Positions 50,010 to 60,944 of a stretch of DNA of 64,000 nucleotides are shown here, one piece after another. The position numbers and the translations under genes are program-made. Positions within the stretch are counted from its first letter, which is position 1, and each line of letters begins with the position of its first letter. Below the pieces are notes generated by a model. That model was not told where the DNA came from. It did not search any database and saw only the letters and a list, made by a program, of their open reading frames with translations. The stretch is from Azolla caroliniana. Taxonomy: Eukaryota > Plantae > Polypodiophyta. The stretch lies in contig JBHGNT010000009.1 of NCBI GenBank assembly GCA_043228905.1, positions 744,001 through 808,000 of the forward strand. Reading direction: 5' to 3'.

Positions 50010-53000
50010 AGCAGACTGTTGTGGAGTGGGGAAGTGATAGTCCGAGAAGCCCTGATACCCCACACAGGAAGAAAACTCTCGGAGCAAAACAAGTACGAAT
50101 CGGCCCGGATGGGGCATCTACGTACACGGCCGTAACCGGAGGAATGAAGAAACAATACCGACAAGTGGAGGATAAGTTACGGTCGGCATCAATAATAAAA
50201 GAAGACGAAGAAATCGTGGGAGTGATCGAGGAAGTGTTCTATGGGAATACACTACAACGGCTTGAAGAGCTTGCGAAAGATAAAAGCCAAGGGAACCGGG
50301 TAGTCCCGGTGGAATCGGTCGAGATGTACGAGATCGTTGCGAAAATGGGGCCGGATGCGCTCCGCAAAGAAGAAGCAATGGTAAGTACGAAATACAAGAC
50401 TGTGGAGAAGAAGGTGAAACCGGCCGCGGGACCACTACCCGCCGATAGCGAACAAAAGAGGAAAGAAGTCTCGGGAGATCCGACACTTCGGAAGACCGTG
50501 GATATCGGACATGCCTTCACAGATGAGACCCGGAAGAAACTTCGGATCGGTGGAGGTGGGTTCCTCTTACAAGAAGAAGAAAAACGGTTTCGAGAGATGT
50601 TGGAGCAACACGGCAAAGCATTCGCGTTCACATCGAGGGAGATCGGATGCATTGATCCAAAGATAGTGGAGCCGATGGTGATCTTCACGATTGATCATGT
50701 ACCGTGGAACCTGAAGCCGATTCCGGTGCCACGGGCGCATATTCCGAAAGTCATCGACTTGCTCAAGGAGAAGGTGGCGATGGGGATTCTAGAGCCATCA
50801 AGTGCTCCGTACTCAAATCGATGGTTTACGGTTCCGAAGAAGAATGGGTCACTCCGATTCATCCAAGACTTGCAACCGGTGAACAAGGTCACGATCCGGA
50901 ACTCGGGAGTCGGTCCGATAGTGGATGAATTCGCGGAAGCTTTTGCCGGACGTGCGATATACTCCATCGGGGACCTATACTCGGGGTATGACCAATTCCA
51001 ACTAGCCGTGGAGAGCCGAGACATCACTACCATGCGGACACCGATAGGACTAGTTCGAATGTGCACACTACCACAAGGAGCGACAAACTCGGTTGCACAT
51101 ATGATGAACGCGATGAACAAGGTGCTTCGAGATTGCATCCCGGAGATAACGATGCCGTTTCTAGATGACATTCCGATGAAAGGATGCGCGGTGGAAGAAA
51201 AAGATGAGACTATGGATGATCGGGGATGCCGAAAGTTCGTGGTCGACCATATTCATGATTGCGAGAAAGTGTTGCGAAAGCTAGAAGATGTGCACCTAAC
51301 ACTTTCCGGGGAGAAATCGGCATTCGGGCAAGAAGAAATATTGGTGGTCGGACATCTATGTGGACCCTACGGCCGAAGACCGTCACCAACAAAGATCGAT
51401 GCGATTCAAGCTATGAAGGAAGTTTGTGAGTCAACATCGGAAGTTCGAAGGTTTCTGGGTGCGTGTGCATTCTATCACATATGGATTCCGCACTATGCAC
51501 ATATAGCGGACCCGCTCTATCACTTGTTGCGGAAAGGTAAGAAATTTGAGTGGAAACCGGAACACACTAAAGCCATGAGGAAGCTCAAGAAGACACTATG
51601 GAGGGCGGAATCACTTAAGAAGCCAAGCTACGAGCGGCCAATCATAGTAACGGTTGATACAAGTCCAACCGGTATCGGGTGGGTCATCAATCAAGCCGAC
51701 TCGGATGGTTCGCGGTATCCGATCCGATTTGGAGCAAAGGTCCTCAACGAAAGGCAACGCGGATATGCACAAGTCAAAAGAGAATTGTGGGGAGTCGTGT
51801 CGGCGATAAAATCGGATCGGGATTATTTGATCGGAGCTGAAGTGGTGATCGAGACGGATTGTCTTCCGATACTCGGGATGATGCGGTGTTGTACGATACC
51901 GGATGTGGCTATGCTAAGGTGGATTGCATATGTCAAGTCACTTAATCCGGAGGTTCGACACATCTCGGGGAAGGACAACGCGGTAGCGGACATGTTATCG
52001 AGGGCGCGGTTTGAAGACGACATAACCGAATCAGATAATGAAGAAGTTTCCGAAGACTACTTCACGTCAGAACACATATGCCGAGTGAACGTGATCCGAG
52101 AATTCCGGGAAGAAGAATACGAGGGGGAAACCTTGATGATCGGGAAGATGCTACAAGAGGTCGAGGATTCAACCAATGATAAAGAAAGGAGAGCCGAGAT
52201 CCGAAGGAAGAAGAGGCAAGTCCAAAAGTTCTTCTTGGAAAACGGTTTAATATGGAGGACGCCGAAAAGACCGGATGGGATACCACTTCGAGTAGTCGGG
52301 ACGAAAGAGCAACGAAACCGGATAATGTCCGAGTTCCACGAATCCGATTGGGCTGGACATCGAGGAACATGGGCAACTTTTGTGAAAATCAAGCAAAGAT
52401 ATTGGTGGAAGAACATGTATAAAGATGTCGCGGAGTTCACAGAAAGCTGCGAGAAATGTCAAGTCTACTCCGGGGTCCGACACCGAGATGAGCTGCATCC
52501 GACATTCTCACCGACAATCAACTTCAAGTGGATGGTCGACATTGTAGCTATGCCGACCGGGATTGGACAAAAGAAATACTTGGTGTTAGCTCGAGAAGAT
52601 CTCACAAACCAAGTTGAAGGTCGAGCGCTTCGGAGGAAAACGTGTGCCGCGGTGTGCCAATTTCTTTTGGAAGAAGTGTTTTGTAGGTACGGCTGCGTAG
52701 GACAAGTGATTGCGGACCGGGGAGAACTCGACTCGGACAAAGCTAGGGGATTCTTCGCCAAACATGGAGTTCGGTTAACGTTGACAACGGCCTACAATCC
52801 GGAGGCCAACGGGAAGATCAAACGAGGACATAGTCCGATCGTGAAAGCACTTGCGAAGGCATGCGACGGAAGGGTGAAGGATTGGCCACAAATGCTTCCG
52901 TATGCACTATGGGCGGATCGGACGACGCATAGCTCCGTGACCGGTTACATGCCGGCAGAACTCATGACCGGACAAGCACCGGTAATGCCAACGGAAACCG

Positions 53001-53611
53001 CAATCGCGACATGGACAATACTACCGTGGAAGGAAGAGATGAGCCGGGAAGAACTACTAGCGGTCCGGATACGACAACTGGAGGGAAGACCGAAAGATGT
53101 AGCAGAAGCGTCACGCCGACAACAAGAAGCACGGTTCCGGAACAAAAGCCGGTTCGACACAAAGCACCGACTACGACCGAGGAGGATTGAAGAAGGAGAT
53201 TGGGTGATCGTCTATGATAGTAGCTTGGACCATCAACATACAACGATGCGGAAATTCGCGAAAAGGTGGTTCGGGCCGTACGAGGTTCGGAAGGTCTTCG
53301 ACAACGGGACGTACCGACTGTCCGAGTTGGATGGAACAATACTACGAGTGCCTATAGCCGGGAAGCGGGTGAAGATTTTCAAGAAGCGGACCGACGACAA
53401 ACCTTATGTGATCCAAGTCGAGGCCGACAACGAGGAGCAATCGGACGAAGACCACAATGATGCGGGAAGCGAAGAAAGTGGATTACAACTCATAATCGAC
53501 ATAAGGGGAGAATCGGAGGAAGCTTCGGATGAAGACGGATACGAAGAATCAAGAACTTCGGCACATACCGGAGGATGTGCGGGTTTGGAGGGGGCGAGTG
53601 TCGTAGTGTAG
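50000..53611 (+). CDS. pol: RT-RNase H-integrase ORF of family B (-1 frame relative to gag-PR)
   Basis: DLYSGYDQF, LPQGATNS, PFLDD, VDTS..ELW..ETDC..NAVADMLSR, HESDWAGH..CEKC, VD..ADRG..NGKIKRGH and a GPY motif; no chromodomain. Confidence 0.92.
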   Translation, partial: GFLKQTVVEWGSDSPRSPDTPHRKKTLGAKQVRIGPDGASTYTAVTGGMKKQYRQVEDKLRSASIIKEDEEIVGVIEEVFYGNTLQRLEELAKDKSQGNRVVPVESVEMYEIVAKMGPDALRKEEAMVSTKYKTVEKKVKPAAGPLPADSEQKRKEVSGDPTLRKTVDIGHAFTDETRKKLRIGGGGFLLQEEEKRFREMLEQHGKAFAFTSREIGCIDPKIVEPMVIFTIDHVPWNLKPIPVPRAHIPKVIDLLKEKVAMGILEPSSAPYSNRWFTVPKKNGSLRFIQDLQPVNKVTIRNSGVGPIVDEFAEAFAGRAIYSIGDLYSGYDQFQLAVESRDITTMRTPIGLVRMCTLPQGATNSVAHMMNAMNKVLRDCIPEITMPFLDDIPMKGCAVEEKDETMDDRGCRKFVVDHIHDCEKVLRKLEDVHLTLSGEKSAFGQEEILVVGHLCGPYGRRPSPTKIDAIQAMKEVCESTSEVRRFLGACAFYHIWIPHYAHIADPLYHLLRKGKKFEWKPEHTKAMRKLKKTLWRAESLKKPSYERPIIVTVDTSPTGIGWVINQADSDGSRYPIRFGAKVLNERQRGYAQVKRELWGVVSAIKSDRDYLIGAEVVIETDCLPILGMMRCCTIPDVAMLRWIAYVKSLNPEVRHISGKDNAVADMLSRARFEDDITESDNEEVSEDYFTSEHICRVNVIREFREEEYEGETLMIGKMLQEVEDSTNDKERRAEIRRKKRQVQKFFLENGLIWRTPKRPDGIPLRVVGTKEQRNRIMSEFHESDWAGHRGTWATFVKIKQRYWWKNMYKDVAEFTESCEKCQVYSGVRHRDELHPTFSPTINFKWMVDIVAMPTGIGQKKYLVLAREDLTNQVEGRALRRKTCAAVCQFLLEEVFCRYGCVGQVIADRGELDSDKARGFFAKHGVRLTLTTAYNPEANGKIKRGHSPIVKALAKACDGRVKDWPQMLPYALWADRTTHSSVTGYMPAELMTGQAPVMPTETAIATWTILPWKEEMSREELLAVRIRQLEGRPKDVAEASRRQQEARFRNKSRFDTKHRLRPRRIEEGDWVIVYDSSLDHQHTTMRKFAKRWFGPYEVRKVFDNGTYRLSELDGTILRVPIAGKRVKIFKKRTDDKPYVIQVEADNEEQSDEDHNDAGSEESGLQLIIDIRGESEEASDEDGYEESRTSAHTGGCAGLEGASVVV

Positions 53612-56600
53612 GTTGCACACTATGTGGAAATTATATTTTTGTCCCTCCGGATAGAGAATGGAGTGCTCGGTGAGAACCGGAAGAAAACGGCATACCGGCA
53701 AGGAGGGAAAACGGCATACCGGCAAGGAGGAAAACGGCATACCGGCAAGGAAGAAAACGGCATACCGGCAAGGAAGAGCCGGATAAAGAGACATAAATGT
53801 AAAAAGAAAGGAAATACTCACTACTGCGCAGGGCGTGATTCAAACTCTGCACCTCCACGTTGAAAAACCCCAACCTTACCATTACATTAACTTATCTTAA
53901 GTGTTTTAAATATAGATTTAATACATATAAGACCTTTATTTATGCATACCTTTATTAAAAGGTAAATCGTGTATTTTTTTAATATATGAAAAAGAAAAAC
54001 ACGAGACACTAAAAATAACTCATGCACATCTAGCGTGCATGAGCCCTATACTTAGGAAATAAAAAAGCATCACATGCACATTTTAGTGGACATGAACACT
54101 TTTTGTAAAAAAAAAAAAAAAGCATGAAGCCATGCTTAGCTCTTCCTTCCTTATATAAGGAGGAGAGAAATATATAAAGGGTTGTTGATTATTTGGATTA
54201 AGTATTAATCAATACAAAAATTATTCGTGGGATTCACGATTTATACATCTACTTCTCTCTTAACACCCTAAGTACCAATTAATATAGTATACTCGTGTGA
54301 TTCACGAGTTTCTTATCTTTCTCTTCGCTATTTATTCATAATTAATCTTTATCTCACGAACTTCTTTCTCCTAGTCCAAGACCTCTGTGGTTCCCACCCG
54401 ACTCACGCAACGATCCGGAGCTGAAAGGCACGACAACGTAGTCCATTCCGACGTACGGGGACCGGCACAGACGGCTACATTCGGCGGATGCCGATATTAC
54501 GTGCTCTTCATCGACGACTTCTCTAGGCACACTTGGATTTACCCAATGCGGCAAAAGAGCGAAGTGTTCGGACACTTCCAAAACATTCAAGAATGAAGTC
54601 GAGAAAGCCACGGGCCGACATGTATGTTGTCTTCAATCGGACGGCGGCAAGGAGTACTTCTCAAACGATTTCACGGCGTATCTCCGAAAGGAAGGAATTC
54701 GGCGAGAATTCACTTGCCAACACACTCCGTAACAAAACGGGGTAGCCAAGCACAAAAATCAGCACATCCTCGAAGTAGCGCAGGCCATGATGAACGAGAA
54801 GCATATGCCCAAGTCATATTGGGCCAAAGCTGCAAATACGACCATCTACCTAATGAACCGGTGTACAACATCCGGCGTGCACAAGGTCACTCCGCATGAA
54901 AAATACTTCAAAAAGAAGCCAGACTTATCACACACCCGAATATTTGGGGCGATAGCGTACGTGCACATCCCTGACGAGAAGCGTCAAAAGCTTGACCTGA
55001 AATCAGAGAAATGTATCCTCGTAGGATACTCATTGGAGCAAAAGGGGTACAAGTGCTACAACCCATCAACTCGAAAATCTCGAGTAAGTCGAGACGTCGT
55101 ATTTGACGAATCTGCATCCTGGTACGCACCAAAGACAACTTCGACTCTGACTCCGACTCCGCTCAACCCGGAATCCGCCGAACAAGAGGTAGAGGATGAA
55201 GATCGCCTTACGCGCATTTTCGAAGAAAGTCCGATCACGACCCGACTGAGCGGACCACAAGAGCCTTTGAGCGATCAAAGCGCATCACGACCTAGCCCGA
55301 AGATGGACAAAGGCAAGGCGAAAATGTCGGAATACGAAGACGATCGCTTCGATGACGATGAGTCGACTCACTCACTCGACAGTGAGTTCGGTGGCTTCGA
55401 TGTACCAATTGGAGCTAAGAAAGCCCTCATCTCTGCAAATGAAAAGCTTTGTCTCTCCACCCGTGAAAAGAATCCGGTCAGCCGATTCGGCTACAACGAC
55501 TACATGGCATATCACTATGCCTTTATGATGAAGGTGGCGATAGTACGCGAGCCAGAAAAATTCTCCGAAGTAGCCAAGGATCTGCGATGGATCGAAGCCA
55601 TGAACGAGGAGATGCATGCACTACGCAAGAACAAGATGTGGGATCTCGTTCCCACCTCACCACACAAAAAGGAGATCGGATGCAGATGGATTTACAAAGT
55701 GAAGTACAACGTTGGCGGTTCTGTCAACCGCTACAAAGCGCGACTCGTAGCGAAAGGCTACGCCCAAACGGACGGAGTTGACTACAAGGAAACCTTTTCC
55801 CCGGTGGCAAAGATGACGATGGTACAGACCGTAATTGCGCTTGCCGCGGCGAATGGGTGGCACCTCCATCAAATGGACGTCAAGAACACCTTTCTACAAG
55901 GCGAATTAGAAGAGGAGGTGTACATGATACAACCACCCGGCTTCAACTCGAGCACCCATCCGAAAGCTGTATGCTGACTCAAGAAGCCACTCTACAGCCT
56001 CAAACAAGCACCACCTGCTTGGCATTCGAAGATAACGCAATATCTTCATCACATCGGCTTCCGCATGTCAAAATCAGACAACTCTCTCTACATACGAAGC
56101 AATTCCGCAAGTCCGATCGTCATCATCTTATATGTGGATGACCTAGTCATTGGAGGTGAGCATCTCGTCGAAATCAAGAAGGTTAAAACCCTCCTTTCCG
56201 ACAAGTTCAAGATGACGGACATGAAGAAGCTCCACTACTTCCTCGGCATCGAGGTAATTCGGACTCCGGCCGGAATCATGATCTCTCAACGGCACTACAT
56301 CCTCAACTTGTTATGGGTGAAAGCATGAGAGTGGAAACAATTAGCTATGTCCTTGACATAGCTAATTAGCTATGCAAAAAGCTACCATTGATAAATAGTC
56401 ATTTTAGTAAAAGCCATCATTAATAAATTAACTATGCAAAAAACTACCATTGAAAATACTAGAGTGTTTTAATTACATATGTAAATGAGTGCCATAAATG
56501 TGCAACATAAACATGCAACATAAATTGATATGTGCACCATAAATGTGTACCATAAATTATATATCGAATTCCTAGGTCCATTATGCATGATCCTTTGCCA

Positions 56601-56679
56601 CATCACGTAGGCCATCTCTAGTTGAGTATTGTGGGTTAGTTGCTACCACTGTTGCTAAACCCTATCAAATCCACCTGCC

Positions 56680-57290
56680 GCCACTCTACACTCAGGGGCT
56701 GCTACTGTGCGTTACAAGCATCATTAAAGAGTTGTTCAATCTGACGGGGTTCTCTTCCCTGTGCCACTCTACACTCAGGAGCCATTACTGTGCGTTCCAA
56801 GCATCATCAAAGAGTTGTTCAATCTGACGGGGTTCTCTTCTCTGTGCCACTCTACACTCAGGGGCCGCTACTGTGCATTCCAAGCATCATCAAAGAGCTG
56901 TTCAATCTGACGGGTTTCTCTTCTCTGTGCCACTCTACACTCAGGGGCCGCTACTGTGTGTTCCAAGCATCATCAAAGAGCTGTTCAATCTGACGGGGTT
57001 CTCTTCTCTGTGCCACTCTACACTCAGGGGCCGCTACTGTGCGTTCCAAGTATCATCAAAGAGCTGTTCAATCTGACGGGGTTCTCTTCTCTGTGCCACT
57101 CTACTCTCGGGTGCCTTCTCTGTGTGTTCCAAGCATCATCGGTAACTGTTCAATCTGACGGGGTTCTCTCCTCCATTGCCATCATTCTACACTCAGTTGC
57201 CGCTACTGTCCAGTCCTAGATTGCTTCCACATTTCGATTTGACGGAGTTCACTCATCCAACGGCAACATTCTACACTCAGTTGTCGCCAT
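56680..57290. repeat. 83-bp tandem array (~5 conserved + degenerate units)
   Basis: gccactctacactcagggg..gctactgtg..ttccaagcatcatcaaagag.tgttcaatctgacggggttctc; ORFs recur at 56790, 56873 and 56956. Confidence 0.93.
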
Positions 57291-58399
57291 TGGTAGGTCC
57301 TGGATCGCCTCCTCAACTGTTCGATCCAACGGAGTGAACTCCTCTGTTGTTCGGTCTTGGATTGCAATAACTTTTCTGTTTATTGATTATCTTGTGTATT
57401 GTTGTGTCTAATCTTGTGTATTGTGGAATATTTTTGTGTATTGTTGTTGCCCATAGCCATCTTAAATACTTGATTTTTTTCCTGGAAATTTAGGGTTTTA
57501 ATATGTCCAGCCAAATGGAAGGGGAAGAAGGGTGTTTAGAATTACCCCTCAATGATCATAACAATAGGGATGATGCTATCAGGACACAACAAGCCATACG
57601 AAACTATTGGGCAGAAACAAAAAGGAAACATCGTCAATTGTTGAAGGATACGAAAGCCACACTCAGTAAAGGTAAGGATAGTTTAGCTGAGAATGTAAGT
57701 AATGCGACTACCATCATAGAGAGAAAGGTTGTAGACTATTTCAATGTTCAAACCAAGCACATCAGCAATGAAGAAAAGAAGGTAGTACTTTATGGAATAT
57801 GTAATGATCCATCGATAAAGGACTTAGTTGATTGTGATGGTCTTAATGCAAACATATCATCTATTTTAGTAAATAATCTTCGTAATAGTTTCGTATCCAT
57901 GAGCAGGTCAGAAGATGATCCTGTCTTAAAAAGGTCTAGTCTAATGATGTTACTTAATAGTGATGTTGACAATATAAACATCAGTGAGCTATCTAAAGTA
58001 ATTGGTGTTAGTAGAAAAACAGTGTACAATACAATGAACCGTATAATTTCCTCGGGTGAAGGAACTAGTCTACTAAAGCTAACTACAAGATGTAAGCCAA
58101 TGACACCCATAACATTTGAAATCAAGGATGTAATCACAATGTTTTGGACTAATGAGAGTAGGGTTTCACCCAATAAAAAGGATTTATGTAGGAAACGTGT
58201 TGGAAGAAATCAATACGAGGAGCATCCCATTCATCTTCTTGATGTACCTCAGGTATTTACATTTATCTCAACATTTGTTTTGACTCTACACGGAAAGTTA
58301 ATTAGCTCAATTAGTAGAAAAGCTAATTAGCTTATCAGTTACATTTACCTCTGTTAGCTACTAGGATATCTACTACATAGGTAACTGGCTACTCTCAAT

Positions 58400-58981
58400 A
58401 GCTACTACCATGATAGCTAATTAGCTATTCTCAATAGCTAATTTAGTTACTACCAGATAATTAGCTACCAAAATAGCTAACTAGCTACCATGATAGCTAA
58501 CTAGCTACCATGACAACTAATTAGCTATTAGGATAGCTAATTTCGTTATTACCAGCTAATTAGCTACTAGGAAAGCTAATTAGCTACCATGATAGCTAAT
58601 TAGCTACTAGGACAGCTAATTAGCCACCATGATAGCTAATTAGCTACTAGACCAGCTAATTAGCTACCATGATAGCTAATTAGCTACTAGGAAAGCTAAT
58701 TAGCCACCATGATAGCTAATTAGCTCCTATACCAGCTAATTAGCCACCATGATAGCTAATTAGCTACTAGGACAACTAATTAGCTACCATGACAACTAAT
58801 TAGCTACTAGGACAGCTAATTAGCTACCATGACAGCTAATTAGCTACTAGAATAGCTAATAAGCTACTAGAACAACTAATTAACTACTAGAATAGCTAAT
58901 AAGCTACTAGAATAGCTAATTAGCTACTAGAATATCTAATTAGCTACTAGGATAGTTAGCTAGTTACGAGAATAACTAATT
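58400..58981. repeat. 20-bp palindromic minisatellite with 40-bp A/B higher order, in the transposase intron
   Basis: TAGCTACTAGGA(A/C)AGCTAAT alternates with TAGCTACCATGATAGCTAAT; the core TAGCTAATTAGCTA is a perfect palindrome. Confidence 0.93.
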
Positions 58982-60944
58982 CCCCTTTATTACGCAGGTC
59001 GATTTATTTATTAGGTTCAAACGAATGCATCCAAATATCAAAGTTCAACTACGAACATTCGAGTCTCTTAAGCCACACTTTGTGAGACGCTTAAAGGATC
59101 GATACACATGTTGTTGCATTTACCATGTACAGATGGGTTTTCTTAAGGACTCTGTTAATCTACTACGTCACCATTCGAGTCTCTTAAGCCACACTTTGTG
59201 AGACGCTTAAAGGATCGATACACATGTTGTTGCATTTACCATGTACAGATGGGTTTTCTAAAGGACTCTGTTAATCTACTACGTCACCATAGCGCATCCC
59301 TAACTAATACAGTTTGCACATGTGGGTGCCCAATCTGTCGATCAAGCCTGCAAGAGGAGTGTAAATCATCTGAGCACGTTATCTCTTCCATGAGTTATTT
59401 ATTAGATTCAATATTGTGTTCGAGAGAAACTGACGCTATCTTCCATATTCATAAATGTCTCACGGGTTTATGTCAAGATTGTGGCCCTAAATACTAGTTC
59501 GGGATGGCTGAGTGCAAATCTGCGGCAACCCCGCTCGATCGCAATCTCAAACTAGATGCGAACTTCGGCACCAAAGCGTGTGAGCCAACTCAATATCAGA
59601 AACTCATCGGAAGTCTCATCTATCTCACGATCACTCGACCCGATCTCAATTATCCGGTCGGTCTCCTTAGCCAATTCATGCAAACATCGCGTGATGCTCA
59701 CTTGGATTGCACTAAACGAGTTCTACAATACGTGAACAGCACAATGGATTTCGGCATCCTCTACAAGACCGCGATGCCAATACGACTCAAGGGGTACACA
59801 GACGCCGATTGGGCCTGCTACAAAGCCGGTAGAAGATCAACCTCCGGATTTGTTTTCTCCCTCGGCAGCGGAGCAATATCCTGGAGTAGCAAGAAGCAGC
59901 CTAACGTCGCTCTTTCAAGTACGGAGGCGGAATACAAGGGCGCGGCAGTGGCCGCATGTGAAGCCGTATGGCTCAAAAGGATACTAAAGGATCTGGGCGT
60001 ACCCATCAAGGATCCGACCTCCCTTTACTACGACAACATGAGCAGTATCTATCTGGCTCGGAACCCGGTGTTCCACGCGCGGACAAAGCACATCGAAGTG
60101 CACTATCACTTCATCCGAGAGCGTGTTCTAGCTGGCGATGTCGACCTACAACACATTAGCACCAATCTTCAAACGGCCGACATATTCACTAAAGCCTTAG
60201 GAGCCGACAAGCTATGGAAATTCATGACCGATCTAGGACTGACGATCCCTGACCTACCAAGCTTGAGGGGGAGTACGGAAGACACTACACAATAACGCAT
60301 AGATTCCACTACGCAATAACGAGTAGATTCCGCACTACGCAATAACACGTGGATTCCACAACCACGCAATGAAGCCACGAAACCGCGAAGCTGCGAAGAG
60401 CCGATCTACCGCGCAAAGTCGCGAAGAGAGACACAAGCCGAAGCATAGACTTTGCAACTACGCACAACGCAAGCTAGAGCACGGATTCCGCAACTCCGCA
60501 TAAATGCGAGTCGACGCGAACTCCGAAACGTCAAAACATATTTCGGATACCGTCTGAAACTGACCCGACTTGAGCTTGAGGGGGCGTGTTGAGAATCAAG
60601 CTCAACTTGGTCTAGTGTGTGAACTCACCTTGAGAGTGAATAGACACTCCAACGATCAAGAGTCACCATTATGTCACCACTTTGTATTCTAGCATTTAGT
60701 ATGAGTCATAAAATCATATTCTATGACACATAACTTATGAGCTTTCACATTCCCCATGCTCCATGAGTCTTGTAGTTAATGAAGAGAGAGGGTGACTATA
60801 TAAAGCACCCTCCTCCCACCTTGTATGATGTCAAGTCTTTCTCCTTTGTTAATATACTTTTACCTTGCGTATTCTCTGTGTCTTACTCCTTGTCTCTCTC
60901 ACTCTCTCATACACACACATAACTCACATCTCTTCCGCTTAACA

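Larger units (their letters stand above)
47079..54435 (+). mobile_element. Gypsy family B element with both LTRs and two long ORFs (recombinant, no matching TSD)
   Basis: LTRs 47079-47940 and 53599-54435 (TGTCGT..ACGACA), PBS 47945-47962, PPT ggagggggcgag before 53599. Flanks are GCGC and ACGT. Confidence 0.95.
56315..59495 (+). mobile_element. DNA transposon fragment with spliced Cys-rich transposase N-terminus (Sola2- or CMC-like; unresolved)
   Basis: Interrupts Copia RT (..YILNLL | ..FGMAECK). Exon 57503-58252 has an HTH-like ISELSKVIGVSRKTVYN and FW...SRVSPNKKD. GT-AG intron 58253-58998. Exon 2 reads F...HP.....TFESLKP.FV....DRYTCCCIYH...CTCGCPIC..LC..H..CL.G.C..CG. Confidence 0.7.
54436..60944 (+). 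mobile_element. Ty1/Copia 3' half (IN-RT-RH + 3' LTR), decayed, interrupted by a DNA transposon
   Basis: VHSDV.GP, SDGGKEY, YKARLVAKG, MDVKNTFL, YVDD, GYTDADW and RTKHIEVHYHF. PPT gagggggcg, LTR 60587-60944 (TGTTG..TAACA). Confidence 0.9.

Noticed and set aside
39022-53460. Many 60-230 aa antisense or alternate-frame ORFs over the retroelements
   Set aside because: Expected shadows of GC-rich pol coding sequence; no independent motifs.
56680-57290. 83-bp array as CRISPR or repeat-protein gene
   Set aside because: No unique spacers, and the period is not a multiple of 3, so the ORFs are by-products.
58400-58981. CRISPR-like palindromic repeats with spacers
   Set aside because: The spacers are ~6 nt and repeat themselves, there are no cas genes, and the context is a eukaryotic intron.
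59480-59500. Helitron 3' end (CTAG followed by T)
   Set aside because: No 5' TC at the left junction, no clear subterminal hairpin and no Rep/helicase; the bases fit the resumed Copia frame.
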